Assembly (NCBI GenBank): GCA_013239625.1
Contig: MU057347.1
Location: 15,333,388-15,397,387, forward strand
Source of the DNA: Lama guanicoe
Lineage: Eukaryota
Length of the DNA stretch: 64,000 nt
Direction of reading: 5' to 3'
Both the position numbers and the translations under genes were made by a program. Of this stretch, positions 51,119-64,000 are shown in pieces. The notes under the pieces are model-generated. The model was given only the letters and a program-made list of their open reading frames with translations, was not told where the DNA came from and did no database searches. Positions within the stretch are counted from its first letter, which is position 1. The number at the start of each line of letters is the position of its first letter.

Positions 51119-54100
51119 GAAACGGAGAGAGGAAATCCTCATTGGAAGGCACAGATACTATTTGGATTAGTGTTTCAACAAATAGTTTGGCCATTTTGGG
51201 AAACTTACATAGGCAAATTCTTATTTAATGGAGGCTTAAGTTTTGATGGAATAACTAGTCAAAAATGTGAGCTTCTGGGACGCTGAGTAGTAGCATACTG
51301 TTCTGCAAGGGGAAGTTACCTTACCTAAACCCCTTCTACTCTGCAGCTCGGTTCTTGTCAACTTCATTTGTTCACTGATTTAATACATAGCAATGGGTGC
51401 AGAGGAGAAATTTTCAAGTGCCCAGGAATAAATGGAATGATAATTTTAATGTCATTTTAAATTTAAGTGGGCTAGAAATTACCTATGGGGATTTTGTCTT
51501 CTTGTGTTCTCTCTTTCACTTTTATCTTGAAATGGTAATTTTCAAGGATGTCTTCATTCCTTTCAAGGACATTTATTGAGAATTTACCATATGTAAGACA
51601 TTATGCTAAGGAGTGGCTTTATATGTATAATAGAACATTAAACAAGTTAGGAATAATGGGAGTGTAAACATAAAGCAATTTTATCTCCACTATCACTTAA
51701 AACTATATTGAACTGGGAGGGGTTCTCCTCTGCCTTTAGATGATTTTTTTGATCACTTACTTAAACATAAATTTCTAGTTACTCTAAGTTACTAAACACA
51801 GTCTTAGTTCAGTAATTAGAATGTTTTGCACCATATAATAAGCCAATTTCTGAACCTGACTGAAATTGAATCTTCTCCTTCCCTTAGAGGTGCTCTCCAG
51901 GAAAGCTTACATATCCAGTAAATAGGAACATGATAACTTTCTTTCTTCCTTCACTCTGTAGACACAAGTCTGTCCAAAGGGGCATCTGAACTTCTTCATA
52001 GAATGAGGATGGCGGACAGGTTGAGAGAGAATTTTTCAGGTTCCTGATACTGTTGTGAAATGCCTCCACAGTCTCCTGCCCTAGCACGTGTTTAAGCCGA
52101 CTCTTTTCCCTGTGAGCACTGTCCTGGTTTCTTTGGAGATTCTTCTCCCATTGCTGGGGAATTTGCATGGAACATATATCTCCCCAGCTCTCCCACCCGA
52201 CTTTGTCTTGCTCAGAGGCCAAGGGTTTCCCATGATGAAACTCTCCTTGCTCAAGATATCGAGAGCCGCCATTCTTTTCTCAGAGGGTTTACAGGTACCA
52301 CAGATTATTGGGTTGCACTGTCTACACAGGGACATTTGGCACTAAGTCCCTTACATTCTGCTCTGAGGTCCTGGAGACACCCCATGGGTAATAAATTCTC
52401 TCTTGCAGGTTCAGGATTCCAGAGTTCACTGCTTCACGTCTGATCCCTTTATCTGTCCCCTCCTCCTCTTTTCCTTCGGCCCTAGTCTGACCCCTGTTTA
52501 CTGGGAGCCAAAAATTCCCCCTGAAAACATGCATCTAAATCTTCCTCTCAGAGTTAGTCTTGTGGCATCTTTGAGCGTTTGTTTTCGGTTTGGGAGAAAA
52601 CGTTCCTTGGATGCCTATGAGAGAACCGTGGGTAAGGCAGCTAGGCTGAAATAACACAGAATAAGAGTTCAGGATCTAATTCTGCCACAGACCTTGATTA
52701 CAGGGTCATCAAAGTTTTTCTAAGAGGTGTTATTTTTGCTGGTACTGAAGGATAAGTTTGTCTCTAAGGTAAAGAAAAAGGATGTTCTTGGCAGAAAGAA
52801 TAGGGTACCAAAGGGAGGGCATCTGAAAGTACGTTGAAATGTTTGTAAAAATGGCTTCAGCTTTAGAATGCCTGGCTGGGAAGGTCCTGAATGAAAAAGC
52901 ATTTGGCGTGTGGAGTGAAAGGGCTTGGCATTTACCCAACAGTCCCTGGGGACTCTTTGGAACACTGTAAACAAGGAAACAATGTGTTCCAGAAAGACAG
53001 TGACACTTAGGAAAAAACTAACAAAAGACGTGTAAGAGATGGATGGAGAAAATGACAAAGCATGAGTGAAGGAAAGGAAGCAGGCAGGTGGAAAACAGAG
53101 AAATCTGTCGTCTTAAAGCCCTGGCTGCTGACCTCCATGGTTGTGTTATTCGTTGGTCTGGTTTTCACGTCTCTTTTTTCTCTTGATTACTTTCGAGCTA
53201 GACGTGGAAAGGGCAGGAATGGAAATAAAACTTCTTTAATTGTTTCCTCTTATCCCTACTCCTCTTCAGTGAGTTGTTGAAAAAGTTAAAACCAAACCAA
53301 ACCAAACGATTTGGGCTTTAGAAGTAAATGGGAGACAAAAAAGTTGCCAAAAAGGATATGTATTTGTATATTCACTTGTAAAATAAATGAATAAATAAAT
53401 AGATAGTACATGGAAAAAAGTTTGGAGGAATATACACCAAACTGTGAATATTTGTGTTCTGATGTATTTTCAAGTATTATATCTGAAATACAATATTTCA
53501 AAAAATAAAAAGTACATACTACTTTTAGAACCAGAAAAAAAGTGTGTGTGTGTGTATTCACGTGCACACCCCTATGAAGATGTCACACTTACAACATCTG
53601 AAGCCCTATCCAAAAGGGCCCCATGGTCCTACATGATTCCACCCTCACTCTCTCTGCCCTAACTTCCTTCCTCTCTTCCTCTGGTTCACTTCCCTGCAGT
53701 GTGTGGCCTCCCTGCTCCTTCCTGATCCTGTCAAGTGCACTTCCACTTCACAGCCTTTGCATTTGCCTGCATTTGTGGCCCCAGGTATTTGCACGAGTCC
53801 TTTCTGCACTTCAGTCAGGCCTCTCAAACATCATTACTTCAGAAAGGTTTCTCCAAAAGTACTCATCTCTTAACCTACTTTATGTTTCTTCGTAACACTT
53901 ATCCACTACGTTATATCCTGTCTACTTTTCATCTATTTATCATCTATCTATTGTCTGTCTTCCATCTCAATCTATCAATGCAATCTCTGTGAAGACTTTT
54001 CCTAGAATAGTCTCTGACACATCACAGGAACTCAATAAATCGCTGTTGAATAAAGGAGTAAATATGTATAAATATATAGGAATCTTTTGCTTGTAAACAG

Positions 54101-54227
54101 ACAGCACTTTTGCCTTTGTGCAGTAAGGGTTGAGTTGTGGAAAATATCTGAGATTCTGTAGACCCAATTTATTGAAGCTCAAAAAAAAATGTCAATCATT
54201 CTTGTTTTGAAAATTTTCTTCCTACAG

Positions 54228-54465
54228 GACAGAGTTTCTCCACCTTAGAACTCCTGAAATGTTGGGAGGAATAATTCTTTGTTTTGAAGGCTGTTCTGTG
54301 CATTGTAGGATGTTTAACAGCCTCCTTGGCCTCTACCAGCTAGATGCCAGTAACTCCTCCCTCCCTGTCCCCACCAGTGGTAACAACTGAAAATATCTTC
54401 AGACGTTGCCCAATGTCCTCTGGGGGTCAGAATCCTTCCCCTTGCTCCCATGGAGAACCACTGCT
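54228..54465 (-). mobile_element. MER20 MITE
   Basis: ataattctttgtt...ggctgttctgtgcattgtaggatgtttaacagc...tagatgccagta...gagaaccactg. Confidence 0.9.
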
Positions 54466-55209
54466 ACAGGAGAAACCCAGAATCAAATAGCTCTTCACCT
54501 AAAAGTATACAGGGCATCATATTGAGGTAGACAGGGTAAATTTTGAGCTACTGCTATGCTGCTGGGAGGGAAGCTGAAAATTCTGTCATGGATTCTTATA
54601 CTTTAATGAGAGTTACTCAGGTCTCAGTACCTCTCTCCTTTTTGGTTTTCTTGTTTAGTATAAATGCAATCCAATTTAATCTGCATATAAACACATCCAT
54701 TGCATATTAAAATCAACATATTATAAACATCAGGCTGAATGCGTTCTTGAAGTAGCAAACTAAAAAAATTCATGCATATTAATATCACAGATAAGCCAAT
54801 TATTATATGGAGTAGTAAATAAAAAACAATATGATTAATCTAAAACTGGAAGCTTCATAAAGCAAAATATATGATATTAAGATTAGACTGCTTCAGAAAC
54901 AGTATTATGAATCCTTGCATTTTACATGTAATTTGTTTAAAATTAATTTCCCAATGTGCTGTCTTATTTTTGTTTCACCTAGACCTGCACTAATAAGTTT
55001 TCGGAAACACTGATATTACTTAAAATCACAACACAGAGGAGAAGCTATTTCTCTGCTCTTAATTGAAGCAAAACACACTGGTTAGCTTCTCAGTTCTTAA
55101 GGCCCTGAGGACTTCCAGGTGAGCTGGAATTCTTGATTACACGCTGGAAGGGAGCAGCCATGCAGCTGACCTGGTTTATTAAACAAGCAGCATTTCTGGC
55201 TGCCTAATA

Positions 55210-55465
55210 ACAGTAACAATAATAATAGCCTTCAGAATAAGGACAATACAATTTTTGAGCATTATGTGCCAAGCCCTTAACATTATGACTTCTTAATTCA
55301 ATCCTTACAACAACCTGGAAGTTTGGTATTATTATTATTAAACCCCAGTGTATAGAAGGAGAGACTGAGAGGTAACCTGCTTAAGGTCACATACCACTAG
55401 TTAAGTGTGGAGGTGGCCTTAGGACTCAGGCCTGGCAGACTCCAAAAACTCAAGTTAAACATTAT
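55210..55465 (-). mobile_element. MIR SINE
   Basis: ttgagcattatgtgccaagc...aatccttacaacaacc...gagactgagaggtaacctgcttaaggtcaca. Confidence 0.85.
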
Positions 55466-57671
55466 ATCCCTCTCTATAGAGATAATTAGCAGCCTTACGT
55501 TATCCGAATTGCTATAGTTGGTATTAAATAGATTTTCTATTTGTGGATAACTTGTCAGTTTGTATATCGTCATCCATAATATGTCTTTTCACAAGACCAA
55601 GTGGACTCTAGCAGAGAAAAATATGCCACAGATACTTACCCATTTTAGCTTTAAAATACAAATTATACACTTAGGGAAAATGGCTAGACTGTGAGAAGGG
55701 AGACATCCAGTGAGAAGGCTGTTGGAACGGTCTAGACAAGAGAAGATGGCGGCCTGGAGTAGGTAGTGGCAGAAGCAAGAAGGGAAGAGACGTTTGAACC
55801 GTAGGACTGGCAGGGCGGGGTGACTGGGATGCTGGGAGTGAGGATGAGGGAGAAGAGAAGAATGGTGCTAATTGTCTGCGTTGTCCTCTCCTCCCTTTGT
55901 TGAACTTGGAGGAGGAGGTGTGGGGGGGAGACGGCGCAGCGCCTTCAGGACAGCAAAGTGGGGATGACTTCCAGGCAGCTGGGCAATGGGTCGCTCTGCT
56001 AGGCTACTTTTCACTTTCACCCTTGAACTGAAGATGCTTCCACAGACTTCATTCTTCTTTACCGCAGTGTGACAACAGAAGGGTAAAAACCCACACCTCC
56101 AGCCCAGCTCGGCCCCCAGGCCACCAGTTTGCCACCTCTGCTTTATCGCACAACTTCCTCTGGGGCCTGAACCGTGGCCTGCCTGCAGAAGACAGGCTGA
56201 TAGACGGGAATGGAATTGAATTTTGGTCAAAGAACTCCGGAGCATTTTCCATACGTAAAACTGGGCTTATGATTTTTTTTTTAAATAATCCAAAGGCTAT
56301 TTCCTGTTGTTGCTGTATATTTCTTTGCCTTTGTGTGCACATTGGTAACATGTCCCGAATGCAGAAAAGCCATAAACTAGGTCATTTCCTTGGACAGGGA
56401 AGTTCTCTGAAACAAAAGCAGCAAAATATTCATCATTCTCCTGCTGAAGAAGTACATGCTTTTCCCCCGAAACATACATACGGTTTGGTAGAATAAAAAA
56501 CCAAGTCTGACAAAAAAGCTAAATGCATGTAGTTTAAAAATTTTAATCACGCTAGTTTAAGCAGAAATCCTAAATCGGTTTTCCTGCAGGAACACAAATC
56601 AACTGCTTAGCTTCCCTTAAAACAATGTTGACCTCTACAAGGAACACAGTTATTTGTTTTTATTTTTTTCTCCTTCCCTTCTGGGTGTTTGTGCTTTTCT
56701 TTTCCTTTTTTTCTTCATTTTGTAGAATTTAATAATGGGCCAAGTAACAAATGAGGAGATAAAAATATTCCTGAACACTCTAGGGCAACTGTGGGTATGT
56801 AGACACTGTAGCCATTCCCTCAAGTTGCATCATTTGCCTGAGTATTTGACTTTATAATTTGAACTCCCTGCTTATTACCAAACTTACCTTGTATATGTGT
56901 GTCTCTCCCTGAATCCAAGTCAATGACAGGCTCAGAATATAAAATGCCAAATTATCTATTTCATCTGCATTTCTGCCGATCTATGTATCTGTCCGTGCAT
57001 TGATCTATTTTCACATCGTCTGTCCAAGGAAGACATTTCTGTGTCTTTGTCTCTCATTCCTTCTTGTTGACTGAGAGCTGGTCCTCCCATCTATTTCAAA
57101 TTGCCGTCTTCTCGTTGGCAAATGCTCGTGGTATAGATATTTCCTTTATTATTCCCTCTAAACTTCCTTTGTTCCCATCTCTGTCTTTTATTATTTCAAC
57201 TGTGTCATCAGAAACTGACTGCTAAGCCCGCCAATTAGCCTTTGTCGCCGCCAGCCTCGGCCTCCGAGGTGTGAGTGCGTGGCCCTAACTTGTCGCACGG
57301 CTGTGCCCGTACCTGGAGACGTGCCGTTACTGACAGAGGAGCAGTAGATGGGCTCGGTCAGCTGCTGACAAAACTTCCCGTTGTGTGTGTGGTGGGGGCG
57401 TGTGCAGGCCGGGGCAGGAAAGGAGACCAGGTCCTGACCACCTCACTGAAAAGCAAATTTAACTTACAAGGTAATTTTTCAACTCTATACCAAGATATCA
57501 ATGCTTCTGAAATGGTTTCCACATGAACATTGTCTACCTGTATTGGTGAGTGCAAATGGGATGGGGGGGTCACAGTGAGAGAAAGAACCCCCATTTTCTG
57601 CCTCTTGGTTATATCTGCCCAGCTCTCCACCATCAACTGGTCCCCTCCCCAGTGAATATTTTGGGGTACTC

Positions 57672-58082
57672 TGCAGGAAGACACAAGTGAGGTACTCGCC
57701 TTGGGTTCAGAATTTGAGGGGGCCCCCTAAACCCCATAATTAAGATAAATAATTTAAAGGAATATTTTAAAAAATCAAAATGAATGCAAAGAAATCTACA
57801 ATGAACAAAACGTGGAAAATTTTCAATGAAGACAGGGTCTACTGACTGTCATTTCCTGATACCTCAGGCTCCAATGTGGCTTGGCTCTGTGGTGCTATTG
57901 CTGACTCTGGCTTTAAAATTTTGATGTTTTGTTCATTGTGGATTTTTTTGCATTCACTTTGATTTTTAACAAGATTGCATTAAGAGATTATTTATGTTGA
58001 TGACTGAGTTCTTTACCTGTGTACTTTGAACTTGGTCCCCCGGGTGAGTGCCTCACTGGCCCTGCCTCAGTCCCTACCCTGA
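57672..58082. mobile_element. MER96B-like palindromic hAT-Tip100 MITE
   Basis: gtgaggtactcgcc...aaaaatcaaaatgaatgcaaagaaatctacaatgaacaaaa mirrored by ttttgttcattgtggattttttgcattcactttgattttt...gagtgcctcac. Confidence 0.8.
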
Positions 58083-60334
58083 GGGATCCTCGTGTGGGTT
58101 CACGTGTAATTCTGCTCCTGTCAGTGGCCTTCCTGTCGCTAATACCACTGACCCATGTGCACTCAGGGGCGCTGTGGGAGCTGCTGGGCAGAGCCTGGGT
58201 ACAACTCCTTCTCTGGACAAATCCTTCTTGTGGAGGGAATACTGAGAAGTTGGGTTTTCAAGGTGCCAAGATGTGCTCTATTATGTGGAGGGGCCCCCTG
58301 TAATCCTGTATGATAGAGGGGTCCCCGAAGTCTGCTGGACCCCCATGTCTTACAGAGTTCCTGTACCTGAAGCATCTTCAGTTTTTACTTGCATTTTCCC
58401 GGTTCTCCATCAGACCTGGGGACAAATCCAAGAGCCCCAAACCATGTTGTATTCAGAATCATGCCTTCTCTTAGGTGACTAAAGCTTTTGCACTGGACCA
58501 GTTGCACCGTGTTTGAATGCCCACTCCCTTGGGATGACTTCTCTTCCAGGATGTGCTTCAGCCTCCCTGCAGGTTTTTCCACCTGTGAACTAGACATACC
58601 CCCCCACCTGCCATCACCCTCATCACCTTCATCACTATCGGTCCACATTTATTGAGTGCAAAGCACACCGTTTCCCATTTAATCTTCACAAAAACTCTGT
58701 TTGATGGGAACAACGATTACCTGCCTTTTGCCAGTGAGGAAGCTGAGGATCCAAGGCGTAAATTCCCTGGCATCCCCTTGCTTGGAAGCAGTGAGGCTTG
58801 GATTTGAACCCACATTTCCCTCATTCTAGATTTTGAGCTCTTAACCTCTCCTAGTCTTGCATTTGCCTTGTAGACTTCTGTGGAGTCTCAAGAGCCAGGA
58901 AACTTTTTCAGAACTTTATTTGCTACACACACACACACACACACAACACTGCTGAAGTTCTGGTACTCTGCCCCTGGTTAATACTGTGGTCCTTGGTCAT
59001 ACTAGTGATTAAAGCAGAAAAGCTACCTACCCTGAAAAGAGTTCAGCCTGGTAACAAAATTAAACATCTTATCAGTGAGAGTTGTTGGCTGTAAGCAACA
59101 GAAACTAACTCTGGTTAACTCAGACAAAGCCTAGATTTATTAAGAGAACACTGACTTCTCACAGATTAGGAGAGTTAGAGACTCCGGTGCAGGGGCCACA
59201 TAACATTTGGTTCCAAAGCCCTTTCCCCTGTCTGTTTAACTATTTGCCTCTCTGCGGATGTGCATTTGTGGAATACATACCCTCAATGAGGGGGTCATCA
59301 GGGAAATTCAGTAAGAGGTGATAAATCCCTCCAATGAACATCTTAATTTGGAATCACATCCCTTCCTCAAATAACAAAATCCAATGACTCAAAGAGGCTG
59401 AATAAGTTGCCCAAGGTCACAACAACCCTATACTAGTTCCCTTACAGAGATGAAAATATTGCGAACTACTGAATTTAAGTAACTTGCCTAAGGTTTCATA
59501 GCCCATAAGAGATAGACCCAGGATTTGAATCCAGACTATCCACTTCCAGACATCAGGCTTATAACCATCTGAAAAATAGTTTTTTAAACACCAAATCTAA
59601 AAATACATTTAGAAACTTTTGAAAGTTTAAATATATCTTTAAACGTGTGTCAGAATACATAGCCTATGCTGCCTGGCTGAGGCGTAAATGATTTTGCTCT
59701 TGGTATTGACCTCGTCATTTAATTCTTACAATGTTGCTTAAAAACACCCCCATGTATATAGCATCCAAGAGTTTTTTTTTTTAAATGTTCATAACTACTT
59801 ATATTTACAAGCAGGATTACCTTTTGGGATGTAATTTCTAGAAGTTTACCATCTGTTATGGAAAGGAATTGAGAAATGTAAAAACATTGCTTAGAATATG
59901 GCAATTTAAGTGTATCTGTGAGTTTAGGACAACTGTCAGCCTTGGATTTCTCAACCGCCCTGAAATCTCAGTTTCCCAGGCCTCAGCAACCAGGAGTAAT
60001 AATAGAATGCTCGTCACTCACCTGCATCATAGCCTCACATGAATCCTAACACAGCTCCTGTAACCCACCTTCTTCCTCAAGCATTTCTGAGAGTTCCAAT
60101 GTGCAGTCTCCCATGTACTCCTATAAAATACAGGATAACTATTTATCCAGCTTCTGTTTGTGGGAACTACTCCCATGAAAGGGTTGAGACAAGAGGATGT
60201 GTGTGTGGAGGGGTGTTTATTTTCTCCTCTTGATCTCCTTATATCTTCCCATTCTCCATCTCCAACTCCCATCAGGGACCCACACAAAACTGGGTCCTTG
60301 CAAGTTTCTTCCTCCTCAACATGTGCATAGATTC

Positions 60335-60800
60335 TGTCTTATTTAGGGTTCTCCCAGGAGCAGAACTTGAAATAAAGGTTTAAATGCAGGTCATTTATTG
60401 GGGAGGTGACCAGGAAATACTGAGAAAGGGGTAATGAGTGAGATAGGGAAGGAAAGTTGCATCATCAAGACAACTACCACCATGGGAAACTGGGGTTTAG
60501 TGCCTCCTGGAAAACTCTGGAAGCCAGTGTAGAAAAATGCCTCACAGTTGCACCCCTTAAGGAGAGTGTTGGGGTATTTATACACCAACATGGTTAGTTG
60601 TTGGTTGAAGGCTGCTTCTGGAGGAGTATTAATTGCTGGTTCTTCTGATTTATCATGCAAATGGCCAACTGGTCTCCAGAAGCCAAATACATCTCTCAGG
60701 CTAAGAAATGCAGGTGCTGCTGGCTTTGGATATAGTGCCATTCACTCAGGTGAAAAGGGCCTGGCCCTGAAGTGGTGGGTACAGATGCCACAGGGCTGCC
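60335..60800. mobile_element. LTR33-like LTR
   Basis: tgtcttatttagggttctcccaggagcagaac...tttattggggaggtgaccaggaaa...ggggtatttatacaccaa. Confidence 0.8.
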
Positions 60801-61559
60801 CACTTCACTTTCTTATCTGAGAGTTTGCATGTTTCTGTGCAACAATGGCCTTGACTCAAGAAATTCCAAATTACCCATCTTCCCATTTCAAAGTCAAGAA
60901 AACATTGAAAGATAATGTTAACGCAAATCTATTTTGCTAAGAGTCGTGTTTGGTTGTTTTTCTGGAACTGTCTCGTACCAAATATTTCAAATAAGTAGGA
61001 GGACATTTTCTTGCCCCCTACCTCTCCCATCCCTTTTATTAGATGCTGCTTACATTCATTTGCCATGTTTGTCTGTTTCCAGGTGGCAATAAGAAGAGTA
61101 AATCACACAGCTTCACTTTTTGGTGTTTTTTTTTTGGCCTGCTTTTTCTCTTACCTCTGCTATTACTAGTGTTTCTATTTATTTTAATTAGAATTTAGCT
61201 TTTTACTGAATTTATTTTCTTTCTATGGGCTTTTTTATAAGCTGTGTTAAGGAACTCATGGAATTTCTATATTAGAAATAAATAAGCTAGAAAGAATTTT
61301 TTTTTTTTCAGTCAAGATGGTGTGTGCCATCCAGGCTTGGATCTATAGGCTAGAATTCATTTCAAAGATCAGGCAAATGAATCATCAAAGCAAATGAAGC
61401 TAAATTTTATTATTTGGAATCATTCCAGTTCTAGTACCTAAATACTGAACATTTACTTAATTTTTTTCACTATTATAGTCTGGTCTTTCCTTTTTATACA
61501 CCAGCTGCCAACACCCAGCACCAATAATAGCTAGCATTAGACAGCGCCGCACTGTTTCC

Positions 61560-61770
61560 AAATGTTGGGGTCCCTGTTCTGCCTCTGCTGGCTGTGTTAT
61601 CTGGGGTGAGCTGCTTTACCTCATCAATTTCTTCGTATGTAAAGTGGGCATGATAATAAAACCCAATTTATAGGTCATTATATTTATTAAATAGGCTTAA
61701 ATGTATATAAAATGCTTAGTCCAATGTCTATAACATAGTAAAGCACTTGATCAATGTAAGCTTTTATTAC
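61560..61770 (+). mobile_element. MIR SINE
   Basis: tctgcctctgctggctgtgttatctggggtgag...tttcttcgtatgtaaagtggg...taaaatgcttag...acatagtaaagcact. Confidence 0.75.
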
Positions 61771-63522
61771 AAAATACCAACACAGACACATTTTATTTAA
61801 ATAAAAGTGATATTGTTGACTCGTGAGTCTGTATGTGCATCTAATCTTGAATTATCTGGTGACTAACTCATGGCTTGTGTGCATATATATGTGCCATGGA
61901 GTCGGTAAACAAATGTATATACATTTATCATCTGAGTCGTGTTCTCATCCCAACAACTACAGTCTTAATTTTGAAATGATAATTATATCACAGCTCACCA
62001 GGTGCACGTGGCAGTGTATCTAAGAGCCTTCTCGATCAATATTGACCTTATTTTATCCTGAGTAGCTTTACTTCCCTGTGTTAGTGTGTGAACGTCTGTG
62101 AATCTTCTCAGTGAATGAAGTCCTAGTAACATCTAGAGAATGCAATGAGATGATGACTCTGAACTAAATCTCTTTGGCCCTATACTCTGTCCCCTCCATT
62201 CACCACTGCGGCTCACCTTAGGCAGGAAGGGGAATGGCTCTTTTGTTTAACGCTCAAGAAGCAGAAGGGGGAAAAAAACCGATAATAGGAGTAGCTAACA
62301 GTTACTGAAAAGTCCCCATGTGTAAGTACTTCATAGCAAATCCCTTACTCCCCTGTGGAGTCCAGACCTTCATTCCTGCCATCTCTGATTGATGGATAAG
62401 GCGCCTGGCTGAGTGAACACTCCTAATGCTGAATACATGGCAGGGCCAAGACTGCAGTCTTGATGGTCAGCTCTAGCTTGCCATTTAAGAAAAATATATT
62501 TTGATTTCTGGAATAATTTTGATTTCCAGAAGAGTTACAGAGACAGTACGAGCCTCCTGTTTCACCACTGCCTTTTACTGTCTCTAAGATTTTAAGACTC
62601 TAAGATTCTAGCGAATCATGTCAACTTTCTCACCAGCTCATCTAGCTTTTTGGCTGTAGATCTGTCCTCTGATTTCTTACATTCAAGGCCCTGTCAGAGA
62701 ACACAATGCAGAATTTATTCTTTCACTTAACAAACAATGATTTGGTGTTTTCTATGTGCCTCACAGGGAGCTAGGGACGAGGTGGTGAGCAATGCAGTCC
62801 TGCTGATTGTCCTTTGAGGAAAAAGACGTTGTGCACACACACACATGCACACACACTCAGCTGAGTCTCAATCTACAAGGAGCAAACACTGAATTTTGGT
62901 CTGTGAGGTGCAGGGTGGGGAAAGGCTGGCAGGAACTGTTTCCCTAGGAGGTGACGTTTGAGTTGATACTTTGAAGGGTGAATGGTAAAGGTGTGGGAGG
63001 GGAGGACTGTTACAGGCAGACAGAGCCCATCCTACACAGACTCTGGCATCTGCCATCAGCTTTCATTTAATGAGTTTCTGGCTCAGAAAGGTGAAAAAAA
63101 TTTCATTTCTTAGAATGCCTGGGCAGGTCCTTTGAATTCTTCAAACTCCTTTTTAGGTTTTACCCTCTCTGTGATTTTCCTCTTGGCTCACTCCCTCCTC
63201 CCCAGAATTAACCACTTTATCCTACTGAATATGCTCTTACAACCTTGCACAAACAACTTTAAAATTACTTTCCTGAAAATATTTTTCTCCTCTACCATAG
63301 TGGTTGCTCCTTGAGGAATATCTCTTATTTATCTTTTATATCTCCAAACAATGAGTACATAGCATTTATTTAGCAGTTACTATGCATCAGACACTTTGCT
63401 ATATCTTTTCATGCAATATTTTGTGTATTCTTCAGGACAAGCCTGTGCAATTGGGTTATTCATGCCCGAGCATTCAATTAGCAAACACTTATTCTGTACC
63501 ACCCATTGTGTCTGCTCTAAAT

Positions 63523-63721
63523 CAGGGTCAAATCTGGTCCTCTGCCTGCTTATGTAAATAAAGTTTTATTGGAACACAGCCATGGTCAGTCATTTACATA
63601 CTGTCTATGGCTACTTTCATGATGCAACAGCAGAGCTGAGTAGCTGTGACAAAGATCACGTGACCCACCAAGTCTAAATATTTACTATCTAGGTTTTTAT
63701 AGAAAAGGTTTGCTGACCCTG
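63523..63721. mobile_element. MER58A-like MITE
   Basis: gtaaataaagttttattggaacacagccat...catttacatactgtctatggctacttt...aaatatttactatct...tttgctgaccc. Confidence 0.9.
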
Positions 63722-64000
63722 ATGTAGAAACTTGGGACACAGGGGTGGGAAAAATAAGACAAAAATCTTTGCCCACCAGGGGCTTACATAGCACTTGTAG
63801 CAGAGATTGCTGACTGTCCAAAGCATCCCTGAGCGATAGCTACACTACATCTTTCGGCTTCTCTTGCAGTGGGGTCTGGCCATATGACAATTCTAGCCCG
63901 TAGAATGTGAGTAGAAGTGACACAGGCCACTTCCAGGCCTTGCCCATAAAATCTATATGTAATCTTCCATTGTTCTTCCTCTCGGTTGGAGATGCCTCTT

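Noticed and set aside
21479-60800. Oppositely oriented LTR33 and MER20 copies as possible long-range dsRNA or provirus ends
   Set aside because: Copies are highly diverged, many kb apart, with no internal ERV genes; independent insertions
1-64000. Identity of the host or neighbouring gene
   Set aside because: No recognisable coding exon is visible, so naming a locus would be a guess

Overview
This is mammalian non-coding genomic DNA, either an intron or a gene desert. It is probably camelid, because it carries a Vic-1-like tRNA-derived SINE and I recognised no Alu, Bov-tA/BovB or PRE-1 elements. No protein-coding gene can be supported: the ORF track is chance ORFs, repeat-derived ORFs and N-run artefacts. 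Much of the window is ancient eutherian interspersed repeats (MIR, L2, L1M/HAL1, MLT1, LTR33, MER21, MER20, MER5, MER33, MER58, MER82, MER96B-like). These were named by eye from remembered consensus sequences, so boundaries are approximate. Between them lie several kb-scale islands with no recognisable repeats. All six N-runs (140, 140, 291, 300, 188 and 180 nt) fall in such islands, mostly 37-40.6 kb, and one is framed by minus-strand splice signals. The notable structures are a divergent CTCF motif cluster at 20.4-23.1 kb, a CpG-rich promoter-like ERVL LTR at about 50 kb, two further CpG-rich patches inside old repeats, a TSD-flanked chimeric L1 insertion and a three-member deletion series of a palindromic hAT MITE. 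I cannot demonstrate a new biological system. The best candidate is a conserved enhancer/lncRNA module next to an insulator boundary, with its key bases hidden under Ns.
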